DNA of 58,697 bases, counting the filler, from Stramenopiles sp. TOSAG23-2 (Eukaryota): assembly GCA_900128395.1 (NCBI GenBank). It is 6 parts of 6 records of this genome, joined end to end, with 100 filler letters (N's around TTAATTAATTAA, not from the genome) between each part and the next. Parts side by side here need not be neighbours in the genome. Positions count along the whole stretch, not along the records: positions 9,814 to 19,525 come from LT650085.1; positions 19,626 to 29,332 come from LT650086.1; 4 more parts are not named here. One strand, written 5' to 3'. Below the pieces are notes generated by a model, which was not told the origin of the DNA, searched no databases, and saw only the letters and a program-made list of their open reading frames with translations. Numbering within the stretch: the first letter of the stretch is position 1; every line of letters begins with the position of its first letter. Of this stretch, positions 9,832-21,365 are shown in pieces. Made by a program: the position numbers and the translations under genes.

Positions 9832-12552
9832 ATGACATCTTATGATCCAAGGAATCGAGGGGATTTTTTTAAATTGTTAAAACATAATAATGATCGAGAA
9901 GGATATGTAGAAGTCCGTAATAATAATAGACAAGATGCAAATTTAGAGTGGAAAAAAAGGTATTTTGTTTTGCATGAAGGTATATTATGGCGTTATAAAA
10001 CAAAGGAAAAATATGTACAACATGGTAAATCAGCTGGTAAAGAATTATTGTTATCCGAAGTGTCGTCTATACGCACAAAGCCGGAGCTTGGTTCTGAATA
10101 TTTCGAAGTTGAATGGAGCAATATGAAAGTTGCGTTTCGTACAGATAATAAAGACACACGCAATCAATGGTTATTTAGTTTCCAGTGTTCCCTGGCAACA
10201 ATTGTTTCACAAATTTTAGCCACTCCAGTGAAAAATAATGATATTAATTATAGGAACAACAGAGACAATGGTGCCACGACACCAAATATATTACAAACAT
10301 CACCAACAAATATCTCCAAAAAAGTTCGTCGTTCATCAGATAAAGGTATTGATACTGCCTTATTACCAAATAGTGATGGTAAAATCAAAAATACTAATAA
10401 TAATACATTTTTAATTTCACAACCACCACGTTCGCTTAATACTCGTTTAGATACATTTGGACAACTTTCTGCCCCAACAACGTTGTTCAACAATAAAAAT
10501 AGGAATGATAAACACAGTAACGAAGAATTGAAAGTATCACCAACAACATGGGATTCAAATAATCAACAAGTTGAAATACCAAAACCTAGTAACGAACAGT
10601 TTTTTTCAGCTATAAATAATAATTATAATAATACATCGTCACCCATGAGTTTCTTGAATAATAGTAGTAATAGTAATAATAAATTAAACCTTTCATCATC
10701 AAACAATTTAAATATTTCAACTAATAGTAGTAATCTTGATGTAAGTTATGATAAGAGCAATAATAGAAACATAATGCTAAAAACTGCTGTGAAACCTAAA
10801 CGAATGTATATTCCACCACATCGTCGTCGTGCAATGGAAAATGCGAAATCAGCCACATCATCGAGTGATAATAATAATTACAAAAATAATAACAACAACA
10901 ACTATAGCATGTCTACCGTGGGAAGTGGTGGTGGTGGTGGTAGTAGCAACAGCAGTAATAATTCATACGGTACATCACCACCAAAAACGATTTTAACTCA
11001 ATTTGCATTGTCGCAATTGAATCATACCGGTATGAAAAGATCAGGTAGCAATTCTGTACCATCTAGTCCTGATCGTCAACGCCGATCTTCGAGAGATTCA
11101 ACTAATCGACTTTCCCCCACAGGTGCAGTGTCTTCTCCACGATCTGAAGTTAGCTCGCAACGGGGTTCCATTGGTTCAATCGATTCATTAGATTTAGACA
11201 TAGGATTTGGAGAAATGGAAATGGACGATGTTGGTGATGAGAATAAAATAAATGATATTGACAACAATTTTGAAGCAGTATTAAATAGTGGCAACAGCAG
11301 CAACTTTGACAACAACAATAATAATAATAATTCACTCGTATCAAATGTTGTAGGTCATAACAGCAAAAATAGAAGCAACAGTTTACAAGCATTAGATTTA
11401 CTAATTGAAGGACGGCCAAAGACATTGTCATCCTCCAGTTTAAGAACTGTGACAAAAACCGTTTGTCAATCCGGCTTTGCCTCTGACATAGGTGGAAGAA
11501 GTAGAATGGAGGATGAAATTTGTTTATTTGATGATTTTAATACATATTTTAAGAAAGATACGAAGGAGAAAATGGCACAATATTTAAGGCAAGAAACGTA
11601 TGTTGCAACTGAATTAAGTAGTTCCTATGGTTCGAAAGGTAAATATCTAGTCGATTTGCCAAACCATTCCTATTATGCTGTGTATGATGGGCATGCAGGT
11701 ACATTTGCTTCCAAATACATACAAGAACATTTACATGTAATGATATGCGATCATCCAGATTTTGCACATCCAGATTGCGATTTGAAACAATGTATTCATC
11801 AAGTATTTAAAAATTTAGATGAACGGTTGTTAGACGTACAAGTAAATGGCAGCAGCAATAATAATGATAAAGATGAAACAAAAAAACATAAGATAGATCA
11901 TAGCGGCTCAACGGCTGTCCTTGCATTGATTCGTGGCAATACTTTGTACGCGGCAATATTGGGCGATTCACGTTTAGTTTTATCTCGTAATGGAAACCCT
12001 ATAGAATTATTGAATCCACATTCACCAGGAAATGAAAAAGAAAAGAAAAGGATTGAAAGTGTGAATGGTTGGGTGGTACATGAGAAAGAATTACTTATTA
12101 GTCGATTGAAAAATATGGATTTGAATGATCCATTTATCAAAAAGAAGGCACTTGGGAAAAATTTCATGCATATTTTCCGCGTCAATGGCGATCTAGGTGT
12201 ATCAAGAGCATTTGGTGACCCTGAATTTAAAGAACCCTTGCAAAGTAGCCCGCAAGCATATTGGTCTTGGCCGAAAGGGCATAGCAAAAAATTTACTGGC
12301 TCTTTAGTTGTTTGTGAACCAGATGTATGTACTCATAATTTATCGCCCGAAGATGATTTTATCATTTTAGCATGTGATGGTTTGTGGGATGTGTTGACAC
12401 CACGGGAAGCAGTTGAAAAGGTAACTGGATATTTTGAGGAAAAAGGAATGGATGAGACAAAAGCTAGCCGAAAATTATTAAATTTAGCAACTAGATTAGG
12501 CAGTACGGATAATATATCAATTATTATAGTAAGATTAACTGTTATAGTGTAG
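9832..12552 (+). CDS. PH-domain PP2C/PPM phosphatase
   Basis: N-terminal PH domain (EGYV..WKKRYFVL..RNQWLFSF), Asn/Ser-rich linker, PP2C motifs GGRSRMED, VYDGHAG, SGSTA, GDSRLVL, LGVSRAFGD, ILACDGLWD, STDNISIIIV. It begins 18 bp from the contig start, so it may be 5'-partial. Confidence 0.92.
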   Translation: MTSYDPRNRGDFFKLLKHNNDREGYVEVRNNNRQDANLEWKKRYFVLHEGILWRYKTKEKYVQHGKSAGKELLLSEVSSIRTKPELGSEYFEVEWSNMKVAFRTDNKDTRNQWLFSFQCSLATIVSQILATPVKNNDINYRNNRDNGATTPNILQTSPTNISKKVRRSSDKGIDTALLPNSDGKIKNTNNNTFLISQPPRSLNTRLDTFGQLSAPTTLFNNKNRNDKHSNEELKVSPTTWDSNNQQVEIPKPSNEQFFSAINNNYNNTSSPMSFLNNSSNSNNKLNLSSSNNLNISTNSSNLDVSYDKSNNRNIMLKTAVKPKRMYIPPHRRRAMENAKSATSSSDNNNYKNNNNNNYSMSTVGSGGGGGSSNSSNNSYGTSPPKTILTQFALSQLNHTGMKRSGSNSVPSSPDRQRRSSRDSTNRLSPTGAVSSPRSEVSSQRGSIGSIDSLDLDIGFGEMEMDDVGDENKINDIDNNFEAVLNSGNSSNFDNNNNNNNSLVSNVVGHNSKNRSNSLQALDLLIEGRPKTLSSSSLRTVTKTVCQSGFASDIGGRSRMEDEICLFDDFNTYFKKDTKEKMAQYLRQETYVATELSSSYGSKGKYLVDLPNHSYYAVYDGHAGTFASKYIQEHLHVMICDHPDFAHPDCDLKQCIHQVFKNLDERLLDVQVNGSSNNNDKDETKKHKIDHSGSTAVLALIRGNTLYAAILGDSRLVLSRNGNPIELLNPHSPGNEKEKKRIESVNGWVVHEKELLISRLKNMDLNDPFIKKKALGKNFMHIFRVNGDLGVSRAFGDPEFKEPLQSSPQAYWSWPKGHSKKFTGSLVVCEPDVCTHNLSPEDDFIILACDGLWDVLTPREAVEKVTGYFEEKGMDETKASRKLLNLATRLGSTDNISIIIVRLTVIV

Positions 12553-12699
12553 TGAGTGTGATTATGCAAAAAATACCGGAAAGTATGTATAATTTTTTAT
12601 TTAAAAAATACGAAAAAAATATGATACAATATCATGAATACACCTCTCCTCTTTTTTATTACGAGTATAAATATATTACGGGTTCGTATTAATTGATTT

Positions 12700-13110
12700 T
12701 TATTTATTTTTGAATCTTTTTGACTTCACTTGATGTCTTGACGAGGAGGAGGAGGAGAAGGAACGAGAATTATTATTATTTACAATGCGTTGATTTTTTT
12801 TCCGCTTTCCAATATTTTTCTTTGTTTTTCCTTCATTATTCTTATTTACATGTTTTTCAGCTTCTTCATTGTCAATATTCGACGCTTTCTCAACATTGGT
12901 ATCTTGCATTTTACGCCATAAGTTGACCCAAGTATCCGCTATTTTATTCGTTTCCGTCATTGTGCCTATCATAACATCAAGATGTGAGGATGCTAATCTT
13001 AAATTTTTATTGACATTTGCCAATACATCTGCACATTTTTCTAATTCATGCTTTTTTGTTGGTGAAGACATTACTTTCGTCTGATTGTTCGCTCCAGTCA
13101 ATGATGCCAT
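12700..13110 (-). CDS. Small coiled-coil protein, possible DASH/Dam1 complex subunit (Duo1/Dad2-like)
   Basis: 136-aa ORF; helix ELEKCADVLANVNKNLRLASSHLDVMIGTMTETNKIADTWVNLW ends in Trp as in DASH subunits; basic disordered tail. Confidence 0.5.
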   Translation of the reverse strand: MASLTGANNQTKVMSSPTKKHELEKCADVLANVNKNLRLASSHLDVMIGTMTETNKIADTWVNLWRKMQDTNVEKASNIDNEEAEKHVNKNNEGKTKKNIGKRKKNQRIVNNNNSRSFSSSSSSRHQVKSKRFKNK

Positions 13111-13382
13111 ACTTCTGGATTAATTTGAAAAAACATTATAGTAGTGATTTAGTTTCTTTTTGTGTTGTAGTTATATTTTTATATTTTTTGAATTTACGTA
13201 TAGAGCAACGTGCTAGAAGCAGAGCCATGTGTGCCCATCACAGGAGGAGGAGAAGAGAGAGAGAGGAAATCCAGAAATGTGCAAATGTATTTTGTACTTG
13301 TATACTACTGTATAGTAAAAATAATAAATTAAGGTATTAATATTACTCCCTCTCGTCTACATTCTCCTGTCCTTCCAGCCTT

Positions 13383-14802
13383 CTACGATTTACTTTTACG
13401 TCTTCCACGTGAAGAACCACGTCCACGACCACCGCCATTGTTATTGTTGTTGTTATTTTGCTGTTGGTTGTTGTAAGCCATGTTTGGATTTCCATATACA
13501 CCAGCTTGTTGCATTTGCTGCATTTGTTGCATTTGTTGCATTTGGTATGGATTCATTCCCATTTGCATCATCGCTGGATTCATCATCATTTGTGGTGGTG
13601 GAAATTGTCCAGGATATTGCATCATTGCTGGATTTACCATACCTGGTGCCATCATTCCTTGCGGTGGCATATTCATTTGCGGCATATTTGGTGTGAATTG
13701 TTGTGGTGGTGGACCACGAGGTTGGTACATCACTGGCCTTTGTGCTTGATTAACTAGCGGTGGGGAAGGTGTTGGTGCACTTGGTGGTTTCCATTCAGTT
13801 GCATTTGGATTCCATTCTGCTGCTTCAACATTAAATTTACCACCATCTTTTTTCGATTTGTCTCCACCCCTATCTTTTTTCTTTTTACTACTATTATCTT
13901 TACTATTACTTTTTTTATTACTGTTGCCATCTTCTTTGACAATTTTTTTATGAAATTTTTTCAATTCATTTGTTGTTTGTTTACGATCATCATTTACCGC
14001 TTCATTTACACGTTTTTTATTGGTTCCTACTGTATTATTGTTGTTGTTGTTTTTACTACTATTCTTGCCATTTTTATTAGCTGATTCATTTTTCACTACC
14101 GCACCGTACAAAGCTTCCTCATCTGCATTCACATTTTGTCCACGATCCTCCATAACGTGAATATTCGTGCTTGTTTTGTTCAATATTTCCCGTGCCTGTT
14201 GCTCTGCTTTTTGCCTTTGTTTTTTTGACAATTTAGATTTATCCAATTTCGTCGTATATAACGTTTCCTCATACGTAGTTTTAATACCAAACTTACGTTC
14301 ATTGACTTCGAATTGATCAAAGTTTCCAGCACTTTTACCATCGCCTAAGCCACCTTCCAATCCACCATCTTCACCATCTGCATTCCACGCTACCAATTCC
14401 CTTTCACCTGTGCTGTTGCTTGCACTAATATCTGTGTCAGTCATAAATTTCAAATCTTTCTTTGCAACGTTTCTAGTATCTACTTCCTCTGCTAGCAGTT
14501 GTACAATATCTTGACTACGAAATACTTTCTTTTTCTCTGACTTTTCGCGTACATTTTTCTTCGTAACCATATCTAAAGTGATATCAAATGTCTTCTCATT
14601 CATATGACTTAATATGCCAGTGTACCATTCTCCATCTTTTGCTTGTACAGATACACTATATCCGTACAACTGCATAAATGTCCATAAGAAACGCCTTGAC
14701 ATTTCACCTGTATCAATTAACACATTTTCCATACCTGGTGGTGCATTAGTTTTTTTTACATTTTCCATGCCTGGTGGCGGGGAACGTGCTTTGCTTTTAC
14801 TC

Positions 14803-14804
<2 letters not shown>
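13383..14804 (-). CDS. ATXN2: Ataxin-2/Pbp1 homologue
   Basis: LSm domain (VSVQAKDGEWYTGIL), FMTDTDIS..ERELVAW, LsmAD (FDQFEVNERKFGIKTTYEETLYTTKLD..AREI..IHVMEDRG..DEEALYGAV), PAM2-like motif, Q/M/P-rich tail with RG repeats. Confidence 0.92.
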
Positions 14805-14841
<37 letters not shown>

Positions 14842-15497
14842 ACACAGGAGTAGAAAAGAGAAAGTTATAAAATGAAGGATGATATAGACGACTAAATGAA
14901 TATCTATATGATATGATGTCTATATATTCCATCTATATCTATTATCCTACATATTGCATATTCATATAATTATTTCGACTACTGTGTATTGTATATATTG
15001 TATTAATATATTGTGGTGTGCACGTGTGGTGTGTGGTGCTAAAAAATCGATTTCATCATTCAATTTGTGTGATAATACTGAAGTGAGTGATGTGGTGGCA
15101 CGCAAAATGTTTTGGGCACACCAGGGATGTAGCAGGGAGAGAGGAGAGATTGATTGACGACACAGCTGGACAGCCAGGACAGCCAGCCAGACAGCATCTA
15201 CTGTTATTAATAAGCTACTGTGTGATGACAGCAGCCTTTTTTTTTGTATACCTGTTTTGTTGTTGTGCACTTGTTGTTTTTTTTTCTTCTTCATCATCAT
15301 CATAAACGGCTTTGCACCTTTACTTATTATTGTATAATATATTAACTTGCAATAATAATTACATAACACTTTCATACATTTACATACATAGAAGTGTAAA
15401 ACAAAACAAATTCATTTACATAGATGCATTTAAATTAGAATATGGCAAGTTGTTTAATATATCTATCGATTTGTACACATAAATATATATATACTCA

Positions 15498-18400
15498 ATG
15501 TCAAACACATCTCCTATAAAAAATAAATTTAAACGTTATGTTCATGGTGCAGAATCGAATATACCAACTCATAAAAATCCAAAAACATCGCCGTTACAAT
15601 TGACGCCAGTACAAAGACGTGCCCAAGCTAGAGTAAAATTAAGACATGCAAAAAAAGATAGAATATCTTATTTAAATAAATTGAAGAAAGACGGCTTTCG
15701 TTCTCCAGAGCATTTCGCAAGGTTCGAAGCGACAAAGAAAAGAGCTAAAAGAAAAGATGGGGCCTCACTATATTCCTGGAACGATGCTGATCCAGATATT
15801 GTTAGTGCACCACAACAAACTATTGCAGAGAAGCGACAACAAGATAACCAAGACAAAGAATTAGATGAAGTTGAGGTCTTAGATACGATGCAATTAGAAT
15901 TTTTGGATAGACAGCAGCAAGAATATGTAGATATACGAGAAACAAAAATAACCATGTTTAAGCGAATATATGAAATGATGGAAGAAGATTATAGGAGCCA
16001 AATTATTAAAGTTCAACGGGAAGCAGCAAATATGCGTTTGGAAATGAAAGAAGTTTTGAAGAAACGTACAAATGGCTTAGATGATTATACCGCTTCTAAT
16101 GAAAAAGGCTTAAAAGAGTTTGATGCATGGTATGAAGATATTGTTAAAGTATATGCTATATTTACAGAAAAACGGATTGAAGATTGGGAAAAAATTTGTA
16201 CAATACAGCATAAATATAGAAATGAATGCATACGAAAAAATGTAAGTTGCTCCGAATCATTAGTAAACGGTTTAGGAAATGAAATATTGTCTATTAAACA
16301 TTATGGATTAGGTGATAAAGGCGCGGATGTATTTCTATCAACATGTATACGTCCAAATCAATTTTTATGCATTTTAGATTTAAGCGATAATTTTTTGACA
16401 GATACGATGGCATTTACATTAGCGCGTGCCATTACACCTTTATCCCATGCACGAACACAACAAATAAAAAAGCAACAAGAACTGGAAAGTTCATCGATGA
16501 CTCCACCAAGCACTGCAAATAGCAATAGAAGTAACAACAGTCGTGGCAGTAATAGAAATAAAAGGGGGAAAAAAGGCAGAAAAAGCAATTCTCGTTCTGC
16601 CAGTGATAAATATCGGGTTAAAATGAAGGAATTAAACGCTGAAAGGGAAAGAAAAAATTTAGAGGAAAAAGAGAAAAAAATGATTAATAACACTGAACCA
16701 TTATTATCATGTTTACGATCTATAAATTTATCTAAAAATCTAATTACAGGGGCTGGCTTTAGTTCGATCATAGCTGCATGCAGTGGTGTAAATTGGCATC
16801 CACAATTACATGGGGTTCAAGCAATGGAAAATAAATTTAATGGCCGTGCAATGAAAACAAAATTAGGTCATATGATCAGCTCTAGCGTATTAAATCGAAA
16901 ATGTCCTTTAGAAATATTAAATATGTCCTACAATAATATTGGAGATCATCCTGAAGCTGAATTTAGCATTGAAATTTTTTTATCCAGTGATCGTAGTTCC
17001 TTAACGAAAATAGACTTGTCGTATAATGAGTTAGGCGGGAAAGTTGGAGCTAGTCTAGGCAAAGCATTGCGGCTAAATCGTACTTTGAAAGAATGTAATT
17101 TGAGATGGAATGATTTAGCTGGAGTCGCAAAGAGTATATTTAACGGTTTGAGGGATAATGGTGCGTTAGTTAGTATTGATTTATCGTTTTCAAGCGTGGG
17201 TAATAAAGATGTTGAAACACTTGCAAAAGTATTAAGTTTTGCTACATCAAGATTAGTAGCAATAAATTTAGCCGACAATGCTATAGGTCCAAAAGGTTGC
17301 AGATCTTTATGTCGTGTCTTGCAAAATACAAATAAAAGGGTCAAACTGTTAGATTTAACTGGAAATCCAGTCGAAGAAGCAGGTATCATTGCCGTCTCAA
17401 ATATGCTGAAAGCAAATGATACGTTAGTATATATTGGATTTGATTTAACACGTGCACATGTGAAGCTTAGCCATTATGACAAACTAAATCATCATCCTGG
17501 GCCACCTGGAAGTCCAACCGGGGATAAGCGAGTCATCAAAGCAATTAATGCCGTCCGAAATGAACCGAGAGTTTTGCAAGCAAACGGTATTGAAAGGTTG
17601 AATTTATATGAAAATGCTCATGTAACTACCTTTACATTTGCTCCAAAATGGATAGATGGTGGTGATTTAATAACACAAAGTCGTTATAGTCCAAGCAACA
17701 ACAGTGTCAGTCGTGGTGGTAATGGAACTGGAAATCTTAACACGACTTCGCTAGATACTCCAAATCAAGGGTTATATGATGGTGGAAATTTTGAAACCGT
17801 TCGACCATCTACTGCAATGTCATTTGCATCCATTAATAGCTTAAATGATAGTCGGCCAAACACAGCGCAGAAATCAACCATATCATCCACTTCGTTTTTA
17901 GCACCACAACCATTACGATTACCATTTATACGGGCATTGCATTATGATTTACGACATACTTTTGTACGTGATTTACGGGATAGTGGAGACAAAGAACGTG
18001 TGCCGACATATCCAAAACAACCATTTCTAGCTGCCATGGTCGGTCATGATCAGTATTGGGATCAGGAATTGGATATATGTATGTTTCCAGCTGGTTTAGC
18101 GGGCGGTCCACGTATCGTAAGAAAGCAAAAAGGTCATTACGCAGACGAAATGGACAAATACAAATGTACCGTTTCCGTCGTTGGCTCTATTGAAGGTCCT
18201 GGTATACGATATAGTGTTAAGAAATTTTTTATGCGTCCAATGGAAACTGAAGTGGCACCTGGTTCGAGATTGCCAAGTCGTGAAACAGGTGGTTGGAAAT
18301 CAAAATTTGTAGAAGAAAAAAAGGAACCAACTATCGAGGAAAGTATTTCCATGGCAGTATTGGTACGTGAAGATGACTATGAAGAAGAATATAACAAAAG

Positions 18401-18956
18401 GGACGAAGAATTTGAAGTGGATGAAGATGAGGATATAGATGATAATAATGCGTTGATTAACCTAAGTGCTATTACAGCATTTAAATCATTTGGACACCAT
18501 ACTAATACTCATGAAAACGAAGTAAATCCAGTAATTGAAAGCAACGCTGGCATAGATGGTGAAACAAATGATGATGATGATAACCTTGAAGGTGACGTAA
18601 AACCCGCCAGTGACGTGCTACCGATCCCTAATCCTGGAAAAGTTGGACTTATGCGCAATTTTGGATTAGAGTTTACCTGGCCATGTAAATACTTACCTAA
18701 AGTTGAAGTAGGAAGTATTGTTTGCTTCACCTTTAAACAAATTGAAAGGCGAAAATTAGCAAATGCGCCAAATGAAGTTAAATACATTCCTGGTTTATTA
18801 GTAAATCGCATCGATCGTTATGGTGTAGTTCAAGTAGATATGGAATCACTTGAAAAGAATTCCGATGACGATGAGGAGGAAGAAGAAGATACTTCATCAA
18901 GCCGTGGTAGAAGTCGATATGGGCGTGGAAGTACACGAGGATCCTCTCGGAAGTAA
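15498..18956 (+). CDS. Ribonuclease-inhibitor-like leucine-rich repeat protein
   Basis: 1152-aa ORF with repeated LDLSDN, INLSKN, LNMSYNNIG, IDLSYNELG, CNLRWN, INLADNAIG, LDLTGNPV; N-terminal coiled coil; RPSTA/RPNTA motifs. Confidence 0.85.
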   Translation: MSNTSPIKNKFKRYVHGAESNIPTHKNPKTSPLQLTPVQRRAQARVKLRHAKKDRISYLNKLKKDGFRSPEHFARFEATKKRAKRKDGASLYSWNDADPDIVSAPQQTIAEKRQQDNQDKELDEVEVLDTMQLEFLDRQQQEYVDIRETKITMFKRIYEMMEEDYRSQIIKVQREAANMRLEMKEVLKKRTNGLDDYTASNEKGLKEFDAWYEDIVKVYAIFTEKRIEDWEKICTIQHKYRNECIRKNVSCSESLVNGLGNEILSIKHYGLGDKGADVFLSTCIRPNQFLCILDLSDNFLTDTMAFTLARAITPLSHARTQQIKKQQELESSSMTPPSTANSNRSNNSRGSNRNKRGKKGRKSNSRSASDKYRVKMKELNAERERKNLEEKEKKMINNTEPLLSCLRSINLSKNLITGAGFSSIIAACSGVNWHPQLHGVQAMENKFNGRAMKTKLGHMISSSVLNRKCPLEILNMSYNNIGDHPEAEFSIEIFLSSDRSSLTKIDLSYNELGGKVGASLGKALRLNRTLKECNLRWNDLAGVAKSIFNGLRDNGALVSIDLSFSSVGNKDVETLAKVLSFATSRLVAINLADNAIGPKGCRSLCRVLQNTNKRVKLLDLTGNPVEEAGIIAVSNMLKANDTLVYIGFDLTRAHVKLSHYDKLNHHPGPPGSPTGDKRVIKAINAVRNEPRVLQANGIERLNLYENAHVTTFTFAPKWIDGGDLITQSRYSPSNNSVSRGGNGTGNLNTTSLDTPNQGLYDGGNFETVRPSTAMSFASINSLNDSRPNTAQKSTISSTSFLAPQPLRLPFIRALHYDLRHTFVRDLRDSGDKERVPTYPKQPFLAAMVGHDQYWDQELDICMFPAGLAGGPRIVRKQKGHYADEMDKYKCTVSVVGSIEGPGIRYSVKKFFMRPMETEVAPGSRLPSRETGGWKSKFVEEKKEPTIEESISMAVLVREDDYEEEYNKRDEEFEVDEDEDIDDNNALINLSAITAFKSFGHHTNTHENEVNPVIESNAGIDGETNDDDDNLEGDVKPASDVLPIPNPGKVGLMRNFGLEFTWPCKYLPKVEVGSIVCFTFKQIERRKLANAPNEVKYIPGLLVNRIDRYGVVQVDMESLEKNSDDDEEEEEDTSSSRGRSRYGRGSTRGSSRK

Positions 18957-19525
18957 AAATTGTATCTTCATAAGTATAAATATTACAAATAATATGTTTC
19001 CTATCAAGTCTTCTGAACCACCCATCACCCATCACATCATCACATCACCCATCAACAAAAAAATGAATAAATGACACCACACTACCACCTGGTATAGACT
19101 ATATTGTTATTGTACTACTGTATAATACAATGACAAAACTACCCCGAGCCGGCCAGTCGTAAATTTTCGGTACAAATTTTTTCTTATACTTAAACACTAT
19201 ATTTACCTATCAAACACACAATAAAAAATAATGTACACATACTAGCTACTAGCGTACTAGCTCTAGTACCAGGGCCTATCATCCTATCATCGTCGTCGGG
19301 ATAATAATAAAAATAAAAAATCTATAAAATAATATAATACGGTAATATTCAAATCGTGCAATATTATTAATATCTCTGGCAATCTGGCAATCTAGAAGAA
19401 ACTCTAATAAAAAAAAAAAATAATAAAAAAACAAAGTAAATCCGAAGTGTGCATACGGGCATACATGTATTATTATTATCAGTATCTCATTTCATTCCAT
19501 TGTATAGTCTCCTCTCATCGTATAT

Positions 19526-19625
19526 NNNNNNNNNNNNNNNNNNNNNNNNNNNNNNNNNNNNNNNNNNNNTTAATTAATTAANNNNNNNNNNNNNNNNNNN
19601 NNNNNNNNNNNNNNNNNNNNNNNNN
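19526..19625. other. Artificial contig linker
   Basis: N44-TTAATTAATTAA-N44. Confidence 0.98.
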
Positions 19626-19844
19626 ATTAGTCTTATATAGACATATATATGTCTATATAACTTGACACAGTACATCATCACTGCCAGGACTGTGCGACTG
19701 GAATCACGGCGGCAGAATGATAAAAGGAGAGAAAATAATAATAAAAATGCAAATAGTCGTTCTAATTAAACTAATAGAAGATATATTTAGTTGAAAAAGG
19801 ATGTAAGCATCATACTCTCTTTATATATATATATACAAATAATC

Positions 19845-20846
19845 ATGACTAGCTTAACAAAAATACAACAATCATGGAGGTTGGATCATAAAATATGCAT
19901 CGTAACTGGTGGAACTGTAAGTAACTATTGTTCATTCTTCAAAAATTATTGTTCATTCTTCATCAGACAAATCTATTAAATATTAAAACTCAATTCAATT
20001 CATGAATTACTAACATACAAAACAAACAATTTTATATCAAAACAACGATAATAAATATATATATATATATGTATGTATAAAACATCATAGAAAGGAATTG
20101 GATTTGCATGTGCGCAACAATTATTAGAACTCGGTGCATCTGTAGTTATATGTAGTAGAACTGAACAGTCCGTAAACGACGCTGTGAATCAATTAAAAGT
20201 ACATTGTAATAATGGTATGGAAAATCAAAATGTATATGGTTGCGTATGTGATATTAGTACAAGTGAAGGGCGTTTGATTTTAAAAAAATACGTTGAGAAA
20301 GAGTTAGATGGTCGATTAGATTGTTTGATAAATAATGTTGGTACAAATAAGCGTGCGCCAATTGAGGAAAGTACAGAGGAAGAATACGAGATTATGATTA
20401 AAACAAATCTGGATTCATGTTTTTTTTTATGTAAAATATTTTCATCACATTTATTAAAAACAAATGGATGTATTGTTAATGTTGCAAGTGTTGCTGGTAT
20501 AGCAAGTAGTGGTACAGGATCCATATATGCAGCGACGAAAGGTGCTATGATCCAATTAACACGTGCATTGGCATGTGAATGGGGTGCGAGAAATGTACGT
20601 GTAAATTGCGTTGCTCCATGGATGACATATACCCCATTATTAAAAGAGGCAACGAAAGATGATCCAAGCAGTTTGGAAAAAGCAATGAAATGGACACCAA
20701 TGCAACGTTTAGCTGAGCCAGAGGAAAGTGCCAGCGCCGTTGCTTTTTTATGTTTACCTGCAAGTTCATACATCACTGGACAAATTTTAGCAGTCGATGG
20801 TGGTTTAACGGCGCAAGGTTTTCAAGGGCCAACTTTTAAAATTTAA
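19845..20846 (+). CDS. Tropinone-reductase-like short-chain dehydrogenase; join(19845..19916,20091..20846), 275 aa
   Basis: Splicing restores the TGGT|KGIG Rossmann motif; [20 protein letters not shown], catalytic [40 protein letters not shown]. Confidence 0.93.
19917..20090 (+). other. Spliceosomal GT-AG intron (174 nt, phase 0)
   Basis: GTAAGT donor, TACTAAC at 20008-20014, CATAG acceptor; removal fuses the two frames. Confidence 0.9.
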
Positions 20847-21365
20847 TATATGTGTATATATATATAATATATTTTATAATTAATATTTTATTTATTTTTA
20901 ATATAGATAAAGATATATTCATCCCATATCACGACATTTTAATATCCCTTATACTTATTAGTATACGAGTAATAATCTATTGTTTCCTACATTGTAGCTA
21001 TTGGCACTCCTCTCTTCAACCATAAAAAAGAAAAAAATGTCAATCTGGCAATATTATTATTACTGGCACAGCAGCACACCAGCACACTACTGTACAGTAT
21101 ATTATTTGAATTGCATGCATCCATTATTTTTTATTTATTTATTACCACCAGTTTAGCACTTTACATCATTATGTTGTGGTGCTGTGCAAGATAAGATATA
21201 ATATATATTGTGAGTATATGAGATATTTAAAATTCAATTTAGATACAACTAGACCATAATATATATATATATATAAATTTGTAAACGGAAAGAACAATCA
21301 ATTGGATATATATTTAAAATAACATAGTACCGTTCAATAAAAAAATAATAAAAGTTAGTATTAAC

